Positions 23,778 to 32,411 of a DNA stretch of 44,122 nucleotides are shown piece after piece. Each line of letters starts with the position of its first letter. Positions within the stretch are counted from its first letter, which is position 1. The notes beneath the pieces were generated by a model that made no database searches, had not been told where the DNA came from, and was given only the letters and a program-made list of their open reading frames with translations. The stretch is taken from contig CAZPRQ010000001.1 of assembly GCA_964589415.1 (NCBI GenBank), positions 11,368 through 55,489 of the forward strand. Reading direction: 5' to 3'. The stretch comes from an uncultured Candidatus Saccharibacteria bacterium. GTDB lineage: Bacteria; Patescibacteriota; Doudnabacteria; UBA920. A program made the translations under genes and the position numbers.

Positions 23778-25643
23778 TTATTTTATAAAAGCTTCGCCTT
23801 TGGCAAATCCGGGAATATCGCTATCGCTAACATACATGACCGGAAAAACATTCAAACCCCTGTCTAAATAAAAATTATAATTTATTGGGTGCAGCACGCC
23901 ATTTACCACCCAATACACGGTTTTATTTTTGGCCGTCCTTAACAATGTACCTTCTGTAGGCGATAAAAAATTACCAATTGGCCAGCTATCCAATTCGACA
24001 AAACTTACGGTATTAACCTTAGCAAAATCCAGATTTTGTTGCACAAATACCGAATAGGTTACGGGCAATTTTTTACCTCTCAAAATAATATAGACGGTAT
24101 TTTCGCCTTCGCGTTTCACCAAAGTATTTTCTTCAGGCAGCGCGTACGATCCGTCCGGGCTGGCGTTTAGCAATGCCTGATTTACCGTTCGAACAGATTT
24201 GCCTAAAAACCTCTGATTCATAACAAAAGAAGAAATAATTCGCTTTTGCCCGCCGGAAATAAGATAAACTAACGGACTTATGTCACTTTTTACCAACTCT
24301 CCTTCCTTTAAATACTGAACTGGTATTTCGGTTTCCAAACTGCGCTCTACATTTATTCTGCCACTGCCTACCAGTGCGCGGCACGATATGCCCTGGCAAT
24401 CTGGAAAATTATCTCCGTAAACAGGTTCTGTAGTGGCTATAATCCTATCACGTATCTGCTCGTTTGTCGCGAGCGGATACAAAGTCCGAATAAGCGCGGC
24501 CTGGCCCGCGACAAATGGCGCTGCCAAACTGGTGCCTGAAGCATAGGCATAAGAATTTGGTGAAGCATTTCCTGTAACTGGATCGCGATTTATTGTGGAA
24601 AGTATGCGCTTGCCCGGTGCCGCTACATCTATACAATTTTTCCCGAAATTCGCGAAAGAAGGCTTTCTGTCGGAAGCGTCCAAAGCAGTTACGCCAATAA
24701 CCATATTTAAGTTATTGTCATCGCATATGGGGTATAACGGATTTTGATCCAAATTTAATCCATTATCCGCGGAGTCATTTCCGGCCGCCGCAATAATAAC
24801 GACATTTTTCCCAAAAGCATATGCTATGGCATTTGCCAAGGTAGTATCGTGACCAAAACCAATACCTCCTAAAGAGAGATTTATAATATTCGCTCCATGA
24901 TCCGAAGCCCATACTATCGCCTCCGCTATATCTGAAGACTTTCCCCTGCCTTCTTTATCAAGTGCCTTAATGGGCATAACGCTTACCTGCCAGTTTGTGC
25001 CTGCAATCCCGAGTCCATTTTGGGGTGTCGCCGCCAATATTCCGGCAATGAGGGTCCCATGACCGTTGTCATCGGAATTAGTATATGCTTCAATGTTTTG
25101 CCGGCCAATAAAATCAAAGCCTTTAACCGAATTTGATGCTTTTAAATCTTCATGGGTAAAATCAATTCCGGTATCTACAATTGCCACCACATTTCCGCTA
25201 CTGCCCCTGGTTATTTCCCAAGCGTCTAAAAAACCGGTTTTCGGCAATGCCCACTGCTTATCTATATCTGCCGGATTTGCCGTGTAACCGGGATCATTGG
25301 TTACGGTCAGGGAAGAAACACTTATGTCTTCCACATTAAGTTCAGCGTCGGCATGCGCGTATTCTATGTGGCCGTACAGCCTACTTTGAATTTCCAAAAG
25401 CCCCAAACCGGAACGAATGGAGTATATGTTTTTAAAATTTTTGCGGTCGCTAAAGGAAAATCTTTTTTCAAACGCTAGAGCAACTCGGCGCAAATATTTT
25501 TCGTCTTCTGCTTTGTTTAGTTTTACAACATACCATTTTTCAACGCTCTCCGCTTTTGTCATTGCGACGCCAAAAAACGGCCCCAAAAAAAATTGAGCGG
25601 CCAGCAACATAAAAATCAAACAAAATAGGATGGTCTTTTTCAT
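23778..25643 (-). CDS. Secreted subtilisin-like serine protease (S8) with the same C-terminal repeat type
   Basis: Signal peptide, then the catalytic triad motifs VAIVDTGIDFTHEDL (Asp), GHGTLIAGILAA (His) and GTSLAAPFVAGQAALI (Ser). Three C-terminal repeats (VYLISGGQKR.., VYIILRGKKL.., VYWVVNGVLH..). Confidence 0.92.
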   Translation of the reverse strand: MKKTILFCLIFMLLAAQFFLGPFFGVAMTKAESVEKWYVVKLNKAEDEKYLRRVALAFEKRFSFSDRKNFKNIYSIRSGLGLLEIQSRLYGHIEYAHADAELNVEDISVSSLTVTNDPGYTANPADIDKQWALPKTGFLDAWEITRGSSGNVVAIVDTGIDFTHEDLKASNSVKGFDFIGRQNIEAYTNSDDNGHGTLIAGILAATPQNGLGIAGTNWQVSVMPIKALDKEGRGKSSDIAEAIVWASDHGANIINLSLGGIGFGHDTTLANAIAYAFGKNVVIIAAAGNDSADNGLNLDQNPLYPICDDNNLNMVIGVTALDASDRKPSFANFGKNCIDVAAPGKRILSTINRDPVTGNASPNSYAYASGTSLAAPFVAGQAALIRTLYPLATNEQIRDRIIATTEPVYGDNFPDCQGISCRALVGSGRINVERSLETEIPVQYLKEGELVKSDISPLVYLISGGQKRIISSFVMNQRFLGKSVRTVNQALLNASPDGSYALPEENTLVKREGENTVYIILRGKKLPVTYSVFVQQNLDFAKVNTVSFVELDSWPIGNFLSPTEGTLLRTAKNKTVYWVVNGVLHPINYNFYLDRGLNVFPVMYVSDSDIPGFAKGEAFIK

Positions 25644-25651
25644 TCGCCGTA

Positions 25652-26371
25652 CTATTTATATTTCCCCGTCCATAAATTAATTCTCGTTTGCAGAACCTCA
25701 AAAAGCATTTTTACCATGCCGGAAAACTTTACATGGCTCTGTTCGTCGTTTATCCAGGTAATGGGAACTTCCTGTATTTTGAATTTCGCCCGCCTGGCCA
25801 ACGCCAAAATTTCCACGTCAAACGCCCAGCGGTATATTGTCTGCTTGGGAAATATTACCATGGCAGCCTTCTCGGTAAATGCCTTAAAGCCGCACTGGGT
25901 ATCGGTTACCCTAACCGGCACCAGCGTATGGACTATAAAGCGGAACACGCCGCCCAAAAAATCTCTAATCCAAGGCTGGTGCACCGCGATTTTTGAGCCC
26001 TGAATTCGCCTGGAACCAACCACAATATCGAAACCCTGTTCGAAAAAAGGTAAAAATTTGGTTATTTCATTTATTTTAGTGGAATTATCCGCGTCCATAA
26101 AAACCCGAATATCTCCGTTTGCCCTAAGCATTCCTTGTTTAACCACGCCTCCTTTACCTTGATTTTGCTTATTATCTATAAATCTTATGCGCGGAATTTG
26201 GCCGCAAAGTTCTTCAATAACCGCGGAAGTGTTATCGGTGGATCCGTCATTTACTACTACAATTTCCGACTCATATGGCTGCCCAGACAAGAATTCATTA
26301 ACTTCCTTAAGCGTCGCTGTAATACGAGCTCCTTCATTATAAGCAGGAATTACCACGGAAAGTTTTTGCAT
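25652..26371 (-). CDS. Family 2 glycosyltransferase (polyprenyl-phosphate hexosyltransferase-like)
   Basis: MQKLSVVIPAYNEGARI...VVNDGSTDNT...FMDADNS. Start placed at ATG 26371, because the 31 upstream codons in the track look non-native. Confidence 0.85.
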   Translation of the reverse strand: MQKLSVVIPAYNEGARITATLKEVNEFLSGQPYESEIVVVNDGSTDNTSAVIEELCGQIPRIRFIDNKQNQGKGGVVKQGMLRANGDIRVFMDADNSTKINEITKFLPFFEQGFDIVVGSRRIQGSKIAVHQPWIRDFLGGVFRFIVHTLVPVRVTDTQCGFKAFTEKAAMVIFPKQTIYRWAFDVEILALARRAKFKIQEVPITWINDEQSHVKFSGMVKMLFEVLQTRINLWTGKYK

Positions 26372-26506
26372 GGAATTTGTGTTTAATTTATTGACGATTT
26401 TACTGTCATAATTATAGCAAAAAACCGCGCAAAAGATAAATGCGCCATGGAAAAATTCAAACATTTTGGGCCTAAAAGCAATATATTTTTACATCCGAAA
26501 GCTTGG

Positions 26507-27664
26507 CTATTTCGCTTCCCAACTGGTTTTTATTATTGTCTCCAGATCGCTGTATTTTAGCGAAAAACGCAACAAATTTTTCATTCGTTCATCATTGGCA
26601 ACAGTAACGGGCGCGTCGCCTATTCTGCGCGGCCCGATTTCCATGGGAATTATGCGGTTTAAAATCTCAGAAGCGCAATTAACAACCTGCTCCACGCTAT
26701 AACCCCTGCCGGTGCCAATATTAATTACAGAAAAATTATCCAACTCCGGCATGTGTAAAATGGCCGCGGTATGCGCTTGGGCAATGTCCAGTACGTGCAC
26801 ATAATCCCGAACGCATGTACCGTCAAAAGTATCATAATCGTTCCCAAAAACAGTAAGATGCGGCTTTTCACCCCGGGCCACTTTTAAAACATTTGGAATT
26901 AAATGGCTTTCGTGGGCAGAGCTAATGCTGCCGTCAAAATCAGTCCCGCACGCGTTGAAATAGCGGAAAACAACCGCCTGAAAACCGGAAAATTGACAAT
27001 AATACTCAATCAATTTTTCAGCCAAAAATTTGGAATAGGCATATGGATTATTTGGATCCAAACTTGCCGTTTCCCTAATTGGCATTTCCTGCTGCTGCCC
27101 ATACACTGCCGCGGTGGATGAAAAAACAATTTTTTTCACTCCGGATTCATCCATTGCCTTTAACAGTACAGCCGTATTTAAAACGTTATTGCTTAAATAA
27201 TCGCCGGGCTTTTCAACAGACTCGCCGACTTCTATGCTGGCTGCCATATGAATGACAAAATCTATATGCTCATTGGCAAACACGTCGCGAAGTAAATTCA
27301 TGTCCCCCACATTACCCTCTATAAACTTTGCCTCCGCGGGTATATTTTCTCTTTTGCCTGTGGAAAGATTGTCCAAAACAACTATTTTATGGCCGGCTTT
27401 TAAAAGGCTCCTCGCCACGTGCGCGCCAATATACCCGGCCCCGCCCGTAACCAAAACCGTGCATGAAATTTTCTCATTTTCTGAATTACTGATTTTCTGA
27501 TTTTCCGATTGGCTTATAAGCTTATTTGCCGATTCGCTTATTAACTCATTGTATTTTTCTAAAGTCAAAACCACGGCTTCCGGCTTTTCGTGTACGCTTA
27601 ATAAAATTCCCCCTCCCCGCTGTTTAACTTCGGCTATTAAATCTTCCAAATATTTATTGTCCAT
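26507..27664 (-). CDS. galE: UDP-glucose 4-epimerase fused to a ~45-aa N-terminal module through a word-repeat linker
   Basis: VLVTGGAGYIGAHVARSLLKAGHKIVVLDNLSTG and the YxxxK region (YAYSKFLAEK) are typical GalE motifs. They are preceded by MDNKYLEDLIAEVKQRGGGILLSVHEKPEAVVLTLEKYNEL plus ISESANKLISQSENQKISNSENEKIS. Confidence 0.85.
   Translation of the reverse strand: MDNKYLEDLIAEVKQRGGGILLSVHEKPEAVVLTLEKYNELISESANKLISQSENQKISNSENEKISCTVLVTGGAGYIGAHVARSLLKAGHKIVVLDNLSTGKRENIPAEAKFIEGNVGDMNLLRDVFANEHIDFVIHMAASIEVGESVEKPGDYLSNNVLNTAVLLKAMDESGVKKIVFSSTAAVYGQQQEMPIRETASLDPNNPYAYSKFLAEKLIEYYCQFSGFQAVVFRYFNACGTDFDGSISSAHESHLIPNVLKVARGEKPHLTVFGNDYDTFDGTCVRDYVHVLDIAQAHTAAILHMPELDNFSVINIGTGRGYSVEQVVNCASEILNRIIPMEIGPRRIGDAPVTVANDERMKNLLRFSLKYSDLETIIKTSWEAK
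27480..27545. repeat. Word repeat related to 18014-18077, in-frame in the galE ORF
   Basis: GATTGGCTTATAAGC and GATTCGCTTATTAAC each match GATTTGCTTATTAGC at 13/15, plus CTGATTTTC words. Confidence 0.7.
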
Positions 27665-27823
27665 AGAACCATTAAATAAGTTTATTGGTCAACTAATTAA
27701 ATATTATTTTATTGCCCGAAACAAATAAAAACAGCTCGAAAATGGCTGTTTTTGTTTTGATTTTACCGAAATTTAAATGTCTATAATTATAGTATCATGA
27801 CAAAAAAATAGAGTCAAAAATAG

Positions 27824-27866
27824 TCAAGGATTCCCTTTACTAGGGCCTAGCAAGGGGGATCCTTGA
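27824..27866. repeat. Palindromic element family B, intergenic copy
   Basis: TCAAGGATTCCCTT (27824-27837) pairs with AAGGGGGATCCTTGA (27852-27866). Shares the AAGGATTCCC/GGGAATCCTT core with 15359-15399. Confidence 0.7.
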
Positions 27867-27875
27867 GATTACAAT

Positions 27876-27906
27876 AAAACCGTCCCGGCGTTGGCGGGAC
27901 GGTTTT
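27876..27906 (-). terminator. Bidirectional rho-independent terminator after the giant surface-protein gene
   Basis: AAAACCGTCCCG (27876-27887) / CGGGACGGTTTT (27895-27906), 12-bp arms, 7-nt loop, with A/T runs on both sides. Confidence 0.85.
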
Positions 27907-27922
27907 ATATTTTATTTATGTA

Positions 27923-30900
27923 TTATTGGCCGAGCAGCAAACCAAGCAAGGTTTCGCGCTTTTTGAAAGCCGCGAACAGACCGGTTAAAGCAGCGGCAAA
28001 TATGCCGGCAGTCATGGCATCAGACCCGGTTTTGGGGGCTACGTAAGCGCCCAAAACTTGCGGGGTGTTTACGCGCACCGTTACGGTATTGCCATAAGTG
28101 TTAGTCATTACATAGCTTAGGTTTTGCGCCAAATAATATTTAACGCGAACCTTAAAGCTCTTGGTTACGGTACTGCCGGACGGAATAGTTACGGCAGGAT
28201 AAGTTATAACGTTTCCGGAAATCTGGCCTCCGCCGTTGTCCACAATATCCGCGTAAGGCAACACCTGCGACAAATCGTCGGTTATTACAAAGCTATTGGC
28301 CGGAGTATTACCGGAATTGGTCACTGTAAGTGTGTAAGTAATATAGTCCTCGCGGGCAGCCGGGGTGCTTTGGGCGTCAATATTTTTAGTATCGTTCCAA
28401 GCTTTCTTGCTATAGGTAAGGCTTACATTTCCACCGGCCACATTGGTGGTGAAAACCCAAGCGTCATCTTGGACTTCGCTTACGCTATCGCCGCTAACTC
28501 TGGCAATATTTTGAATGCCGTTAGAAACGCTTCCGTTTACGCGAACTTGGAAGGTTAAGGTGCGGCTTTGTCCGGCCATAAGGCTGCCAACATAATAATT
28601 CTGGTAATCGTTCCCTGAAACATAAGACAACCCTGTCGGCAAATAGTCGGTAACACGAACATTGTTTACAACCTGGTTGCCGGAATTGGTAACCACAATT
28701 TGGAATTCAACGGTATCGTTTCCATTTACCGTAACTGAGTTTGTAAACGAACCGTTTTGGCTTCGAACAGACTTCGTTATAGCCAGCTGGCGGAATTCAT
28801 TGGCAGGAACCGTGCTACCTTGGTTGGTTATGTAATACCAGTTATTGCAGGAATTATTTACGCAAGTATTTACATTGTTAACCGTATTGTTATTTCCGTT
28901 AATATTGGTGTTGTTAGTAACGGTGTTATTGTTGTTGCCGGTTACCGTTGTGGTATTGTTATTGTTATTGCAGGAATTGGTGCTGTTGTTGCAATTGCCA
29001 CCCGTAGAAGTTTCCGCTGGAATATTTACCGTGGCAGTCGCAAGTGTAGTGTTACACTCCGCGTCTATCATGTAGAAGCTGTGGCTTGAACCCAAGGCCA
29101 AACCGGTAACAGTAAATGAGCCGGTGTTATTTCCCGTCGCTATAACATTGCCCGTGGAATTCTGGGAAATTTTAATTTGATGACTGCCCGTAGAAGTCCA
29201 GTTTAAGGTGGCATTGTAAGTTGAACCGGATTTGACCACATTGCTGACATTTAAAGCAAAGTTAGAGTTTGGCACGCATACAGTGCTTGTGGTTTTGCGC
29301 AGGACAAAAGTGGACATTAATCCGCCGCAACTGGACAAATCATAGAGCTTAAAAACATAATCCTTGTTAGGATCAAAATTATTAAACTGCTTGCTGCCCG
29401 ACTGATTAACAGAGGCAACAAATACGACTTCCTGACCGTTGTCGGGATTTATATAACTTACTTTAACAGGATTATTTCCGGAAAAAGACCAGGAAATGTT
29501 TGTGCTGTACTTGCCACCAAATAATTCGGAAATCGCCGAAGCGGAAATAACACCATTGGTGTTTGGCACGCATACCGGTGCTGGGTTTACAACGACCACA
29601 GTCGGGCAATTGGCAGTCTGAGTTCCGCGCGTAACTCTTACATTATAAGTACCGGCTTGGGAAAAAGCGGCGGAATAGGCGGAAGAATTGTTGCCAACAT
29701 TGGTGTTGTTTACATTCCAGCTATAAGCGCCTTCCCCGCCTTGGGCGGTAAAATTAACCACCTGTCCGGTTTGGACATTGGTAGCCGAAGCCGAGCAAGT
29801 TAAAGTTGGCGTCTGAGCAGGCTGAGTAACAGCCACAGCCGGACAATTTACGGACTGGCTGCCGCGAGTTACCGTGGCAACATAGGAACCGGCCTGATTA
29901 AAAGTAGCTGTGTAATTTGAGGAATTTCCGCTAACCGAAGCATTGTTTACTTTCCAGCTAAACGCGCCCTCGCCGCCGGCAGCGGTAAAGCTAACGGATT
30001 GTCCGGCAAGAATTGAACTGGCAGAAGCTGAACAAGTAAGAGGGTTAGGCTGAACAGTGGTTTGAGAAACATTTACATTACAATAAACAGTTTGGCCGCC
30101 GCTATGAACCGCTACAGGATAATTACCGGGATTGGTAAAGCGAGTAGAAAAACTTGAACCGGTGCCAACCTGGGGATTTCCGCCGGTAATTGTCCACTGG
30201 TAAGCGCCTTCGCCGCCGGTTGCGGTTAAGTTCACAAATTGATTAACTTGCGCGTTTTGGTTTAAAGGAGAACATACCAGGGTTGCCGGAACACTAACAG
30301 TAACTCCGCAACTGGCGCTTTGAGTGCCGCTAATAACCCTGACTTCATAACTGCCCCTTGAAGCATAGGAAGTGGCAAAATCTCTGCCGCTGCCAATTAC
30401 TTTTGTGGAACCTATGGCGGTCCAATTATAAACTCCGGTACCGCCGGAAGCGGTGAAATTTACGGAAGTATAAGGCTCAGTAGTACGGTTTTGGGGGCTG
30501 CAAATCAAAGTTTGCACAACAGGAGTTGGGTCAACCGGTTCACTGCAATTTTTTACCCTAAAAGGCACAGTTCGTGATACACCGTTTATTTTTGCGGTCT
30601 TTGTCCAAGACCCTATTTGGCTTTCATTTTGATTATGGTTAAATACTCCGCCGGGACCTGACCAGGAACCATTGCTTCCAACAGTATGTCCATAATAGGT
30701 ATCCACTTCCAAAGTAGGATTGTTATTAAAAGAAGAACTCCATAAAATTTGCTTACCAATTAACCCGGCCGTGGCATTGCTTACGGTAAAAACAGGCACG
30801 TTCGTATTGGCACAAATATCCGTCATGCTAATGGATAAATTAAAACTTTCCTCGGAAGGAGTTGTGGGGCTGCCGCAATTTAAAGCAGCTCCGGCCGGCA

Positions 30901-31912
30901 TCCAGGATTCGCTAAGCAATTTAACCATATAACTTTGTCTGCCTTCGTTGTATACGCGGAAAGACTGCGACTGGCCGCCTTGGGCGGGATTTACTTCCCA
31001 TAAAGTAAAGCGATAAGGCTTTTCCGGCTGTATCCATCCTACGGTCTGGTTGCCGTTGTCTCCGCTGGCAAAAACGGTGTCGTTGCCGTAGTAATTGTTG
31101 CTGTTTAAATCCGGATCGGAAACGGTTACCAACACATCATTTACATTGGCGGTATTCCAAACAACAGTACCGTTGTACAAACACTCTGCGGTAGGACTGC
31201 CTAGCTGGGTGCTTATGTTATAGGAAGGATTAACCGGGGTTTGGCCTTGGGTCTTCACTACGCGCACTTTAAAAACTACAAATTTGCTTTGATCAAAACA
31301 GCCTGGCAAGTCGTTTAAAAACGCTTTTACGGCAGGCTCGCCGTTATGGGAAGTTACACTAACCGAACCGGCGCCATTGTCTGCCTGTCCAAACCAGTTC
31401 TGTAAATGGGCGGAGCCGGGAACTATTTCCAATTTTTCGTCGGCTGCCGTACGTATGGCAAAAGATCCGTTCACTGTTCCGGCATTGCTAGAAGTAACGG
31501 TGGAACCAATAACATGCTCAGGTTCGGCGGTGTCGTTTACGGTAACCACGGCATTAACGCCGCGGGCCGCGTCCGGACTGCCCGCCGGCTGGCCATTGTG
31601 TATATACACGCGCACTTCAAATTCGTCTCCACTTGTAGCATTCCAACCGCCATAAAGCTGATCGAAACTGGTTGGGTACTGGCCGTTTTTACCGGCCCAA
31701 ATTGCGGGCCAGTCTTTACATGCCTCATTGGTCAAAGTAACCGGATAAGGGTTTAATGTGGGGTTCTGGGGGGCGTTGGCGCAAGTAGCCGGAGTGTCGG
31801 CATAAAGCGCTTGGTAGGCGCGCGGGGCGCCAAATAAAGCCACCACGGCAAAAACCGCAACCGCAGTCGCGACTTTCCAATTCATGGTGACCTTTGAGAT
31901 AAATTTATTCAT
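27923..31912 (-). CDS. Giant secreted surface protein (1329 aa): tandem Cys-bounded Ig-like repeats, Asn/Cys-rich tract, DUF11-type repeats, C-terminal sortase sorting signal
   Basis: N-terminal signal/TM segment. Four ~75-aa repeats of the form L(I/V/T)CS...GG(T/E)G.Y.W...C. DUF11-like TVTNSGN..A..V.V.D.LP. C-terminus is APKTG plus a hydrophobic helix plus KKRE. Confidence 0.88.
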   Translation of the reverse strand: MNKFISKVTMNWKVATAVAVFAVVALFGAPRAYQALYADTPATCANAPQNPTLNPYPVTLTNEACKDWPAIWAGKNGQYPTSFDQLYGGWNATSGDEFEVRVYIHNGQPAGSPDAARGVNAVVTVNDTAEPEHVIGSTVTSSNAGTVNGSFAIRTAADEKLEIVPGSAHLQNWFGQADNGAGSVSVTSHNGEPAVKAFLNDLPGCFDQSKFVVFKVRVVKTQGQTPVNPSYNISTQLGSPTAECLYNGTVVWNTANVNDVLVTVSDPDLNSNNYYGNDTVFASGDNGNQTVGWIQPEKPYRFTLWEVNPAQGGQSQSFRVYNEGRQSYMVKLLSESWMPAGAALNCGSPTTPSEESFNLSISMTDICANTNVPVFTVSNATAGLIGKQILWSSSFNNNPTLEVDTYYGHTVGSNGSWSGPGGVFNHNQNESQIGSWTKTAKINGVSRTVPFRVKNCSEPVDPTPVVQTLICSPQNRTTEPYTSVNFTASGGTGVYNWTAIGSTKVIGSGRDFATSYASRGSYEVRVISGTQSASCGVTVSVPATLVCSPLNQNAQVNQFVNLTATGGEGAYQWTITGGNPQVGTGSSFSTRFTNPGNYPVAVHSGGQTVYCNVNVSQTTVQPNPLTCSASASSILAGQSVSFTAAGGEGAFSWKVNNASVSGNSSNYTATFNQAGSYVATVTRGSQSVNCPAVAVTQPAQTPTLTCSASATNVQTGQVVNFTAQGGEGAYSWNVNNTNVGNNSSAYSAAFSQAGTYNVRVTRGTQTANCPTVVVVNPAPVCVPNTNGVISASAISELFGGKYSTNISWSFSGNNPVKVSYINPDNGQEVVFVASVNQSGSKQFNNFDPNKDYVFKLYDLSSCGGLMSTFVLRKTTSTVCVPNSNFALNVSNVVKSGSTYNATLNWTSTGSHQIKISQNSTGNVIATGNNTGSFTVTGLALGSSHSFYMIDAECNTTLATATVNIPAETSTGGNCNNSTNSCNNNNNTTTVTGNNNNTVTNNTNINGNNNTVNNVNTCVNNSCNNWYYITNQGSTVPANEFRQLAITKSVRSQNGSFTNSVTVNGNDTVEFQIVVTNSGNQVVNNVRVTDYLPTGLSYVSGNDYQNYYVGSLMAGQSRTLTFQVRVNGSVSNGIQNIARVSGDSVSEVQDDAWVFTTNVAGGNVSLTYSKKAWNDTKNIDAQSTPAAREDYITYTLTVTNSGNTPANSFVITDDLSQVLPYADIVDNGGGQISGNVITYPAVTIPSGSTVTKSFKVRVKYYLAQNLSYVMTNTYGNTVTVRVNTPQVLGAYVAPKTGSDAMTAGIFAAALTGLFAAFKKRETLLGLLLGQ

Positions 31913-32343
31913 ACGCGTGTATATAATTAATATATTAATTAAATTAAATGATGATTAAATTAATGATGATTGAAGTGCAAAAGACAAAATTTACCTTTTG
32001 CAACAAAACCACCAGGGGAAGAATTTAGAATTTAGGATTTAGAATCTAGGATAAAGGCAACCTGCAGTACTTGATAACTTATGATTATACCCAATTTTAA
32101 TTATTTTGTCAATTACTTTAAATAATATATGGCTTAAATAAAGGATATTTTATTTTAAACCCCTTTATTCATAGTCATTTTTGATTTTTGTGGGCTTTTT
32201 CGCACTATCCTACCTAAATTGTTTAATAATGGCGATATTGTAGTTTGCCCATTTATGGGCCATAAAACTACATTTAAAGTCATTTTTTCCTTTCAATCCT
32301 AATTTACTATACAGAATTTCCTGCTATATCGCTATATCAAATT

Positions 32344-32382
32344 TAAAAAAAAGTGGGGGCCAACATAAGTAGAAGGCCCCCA
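32344..32382 (-). terminator. Rho-independent terminator of gene 32412..34628
   Basis: On the minus strand: TGGGGGCC-(13-nt loop)-GGCCCCCA followed by CTTTTTTTT. Confidence 0.85.
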
Positions 32383-32411
32383 ATGTACAGTTAGTTTTCG
32401 GTATGGAACCC

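Noticed and set aside
28124-29089. Several plus-strand ORFs (144, 110 and 76 aa) inside the giant gene
   Set aside because: They are antisense shadows of the 1329-aa ORF and are low-complexity (Val/Leu/Ile runs mirror the Asn/Thr tract).
31913-32343. Possible gene or ncRNA in the 430-bp AT-rich gap (word repeats GAATTTAGAATTTAGGATTTAGAATCTAGGA at 32021-32051; compound hairpin near 32240-32275)
   Set aside because: There is no ORF of at least 60 aa and no recognisable RNA-family motif. It is most simply the promoter or UP region of the giant gene plus this genome's usual spacer word repeats. Not strong enough to call.
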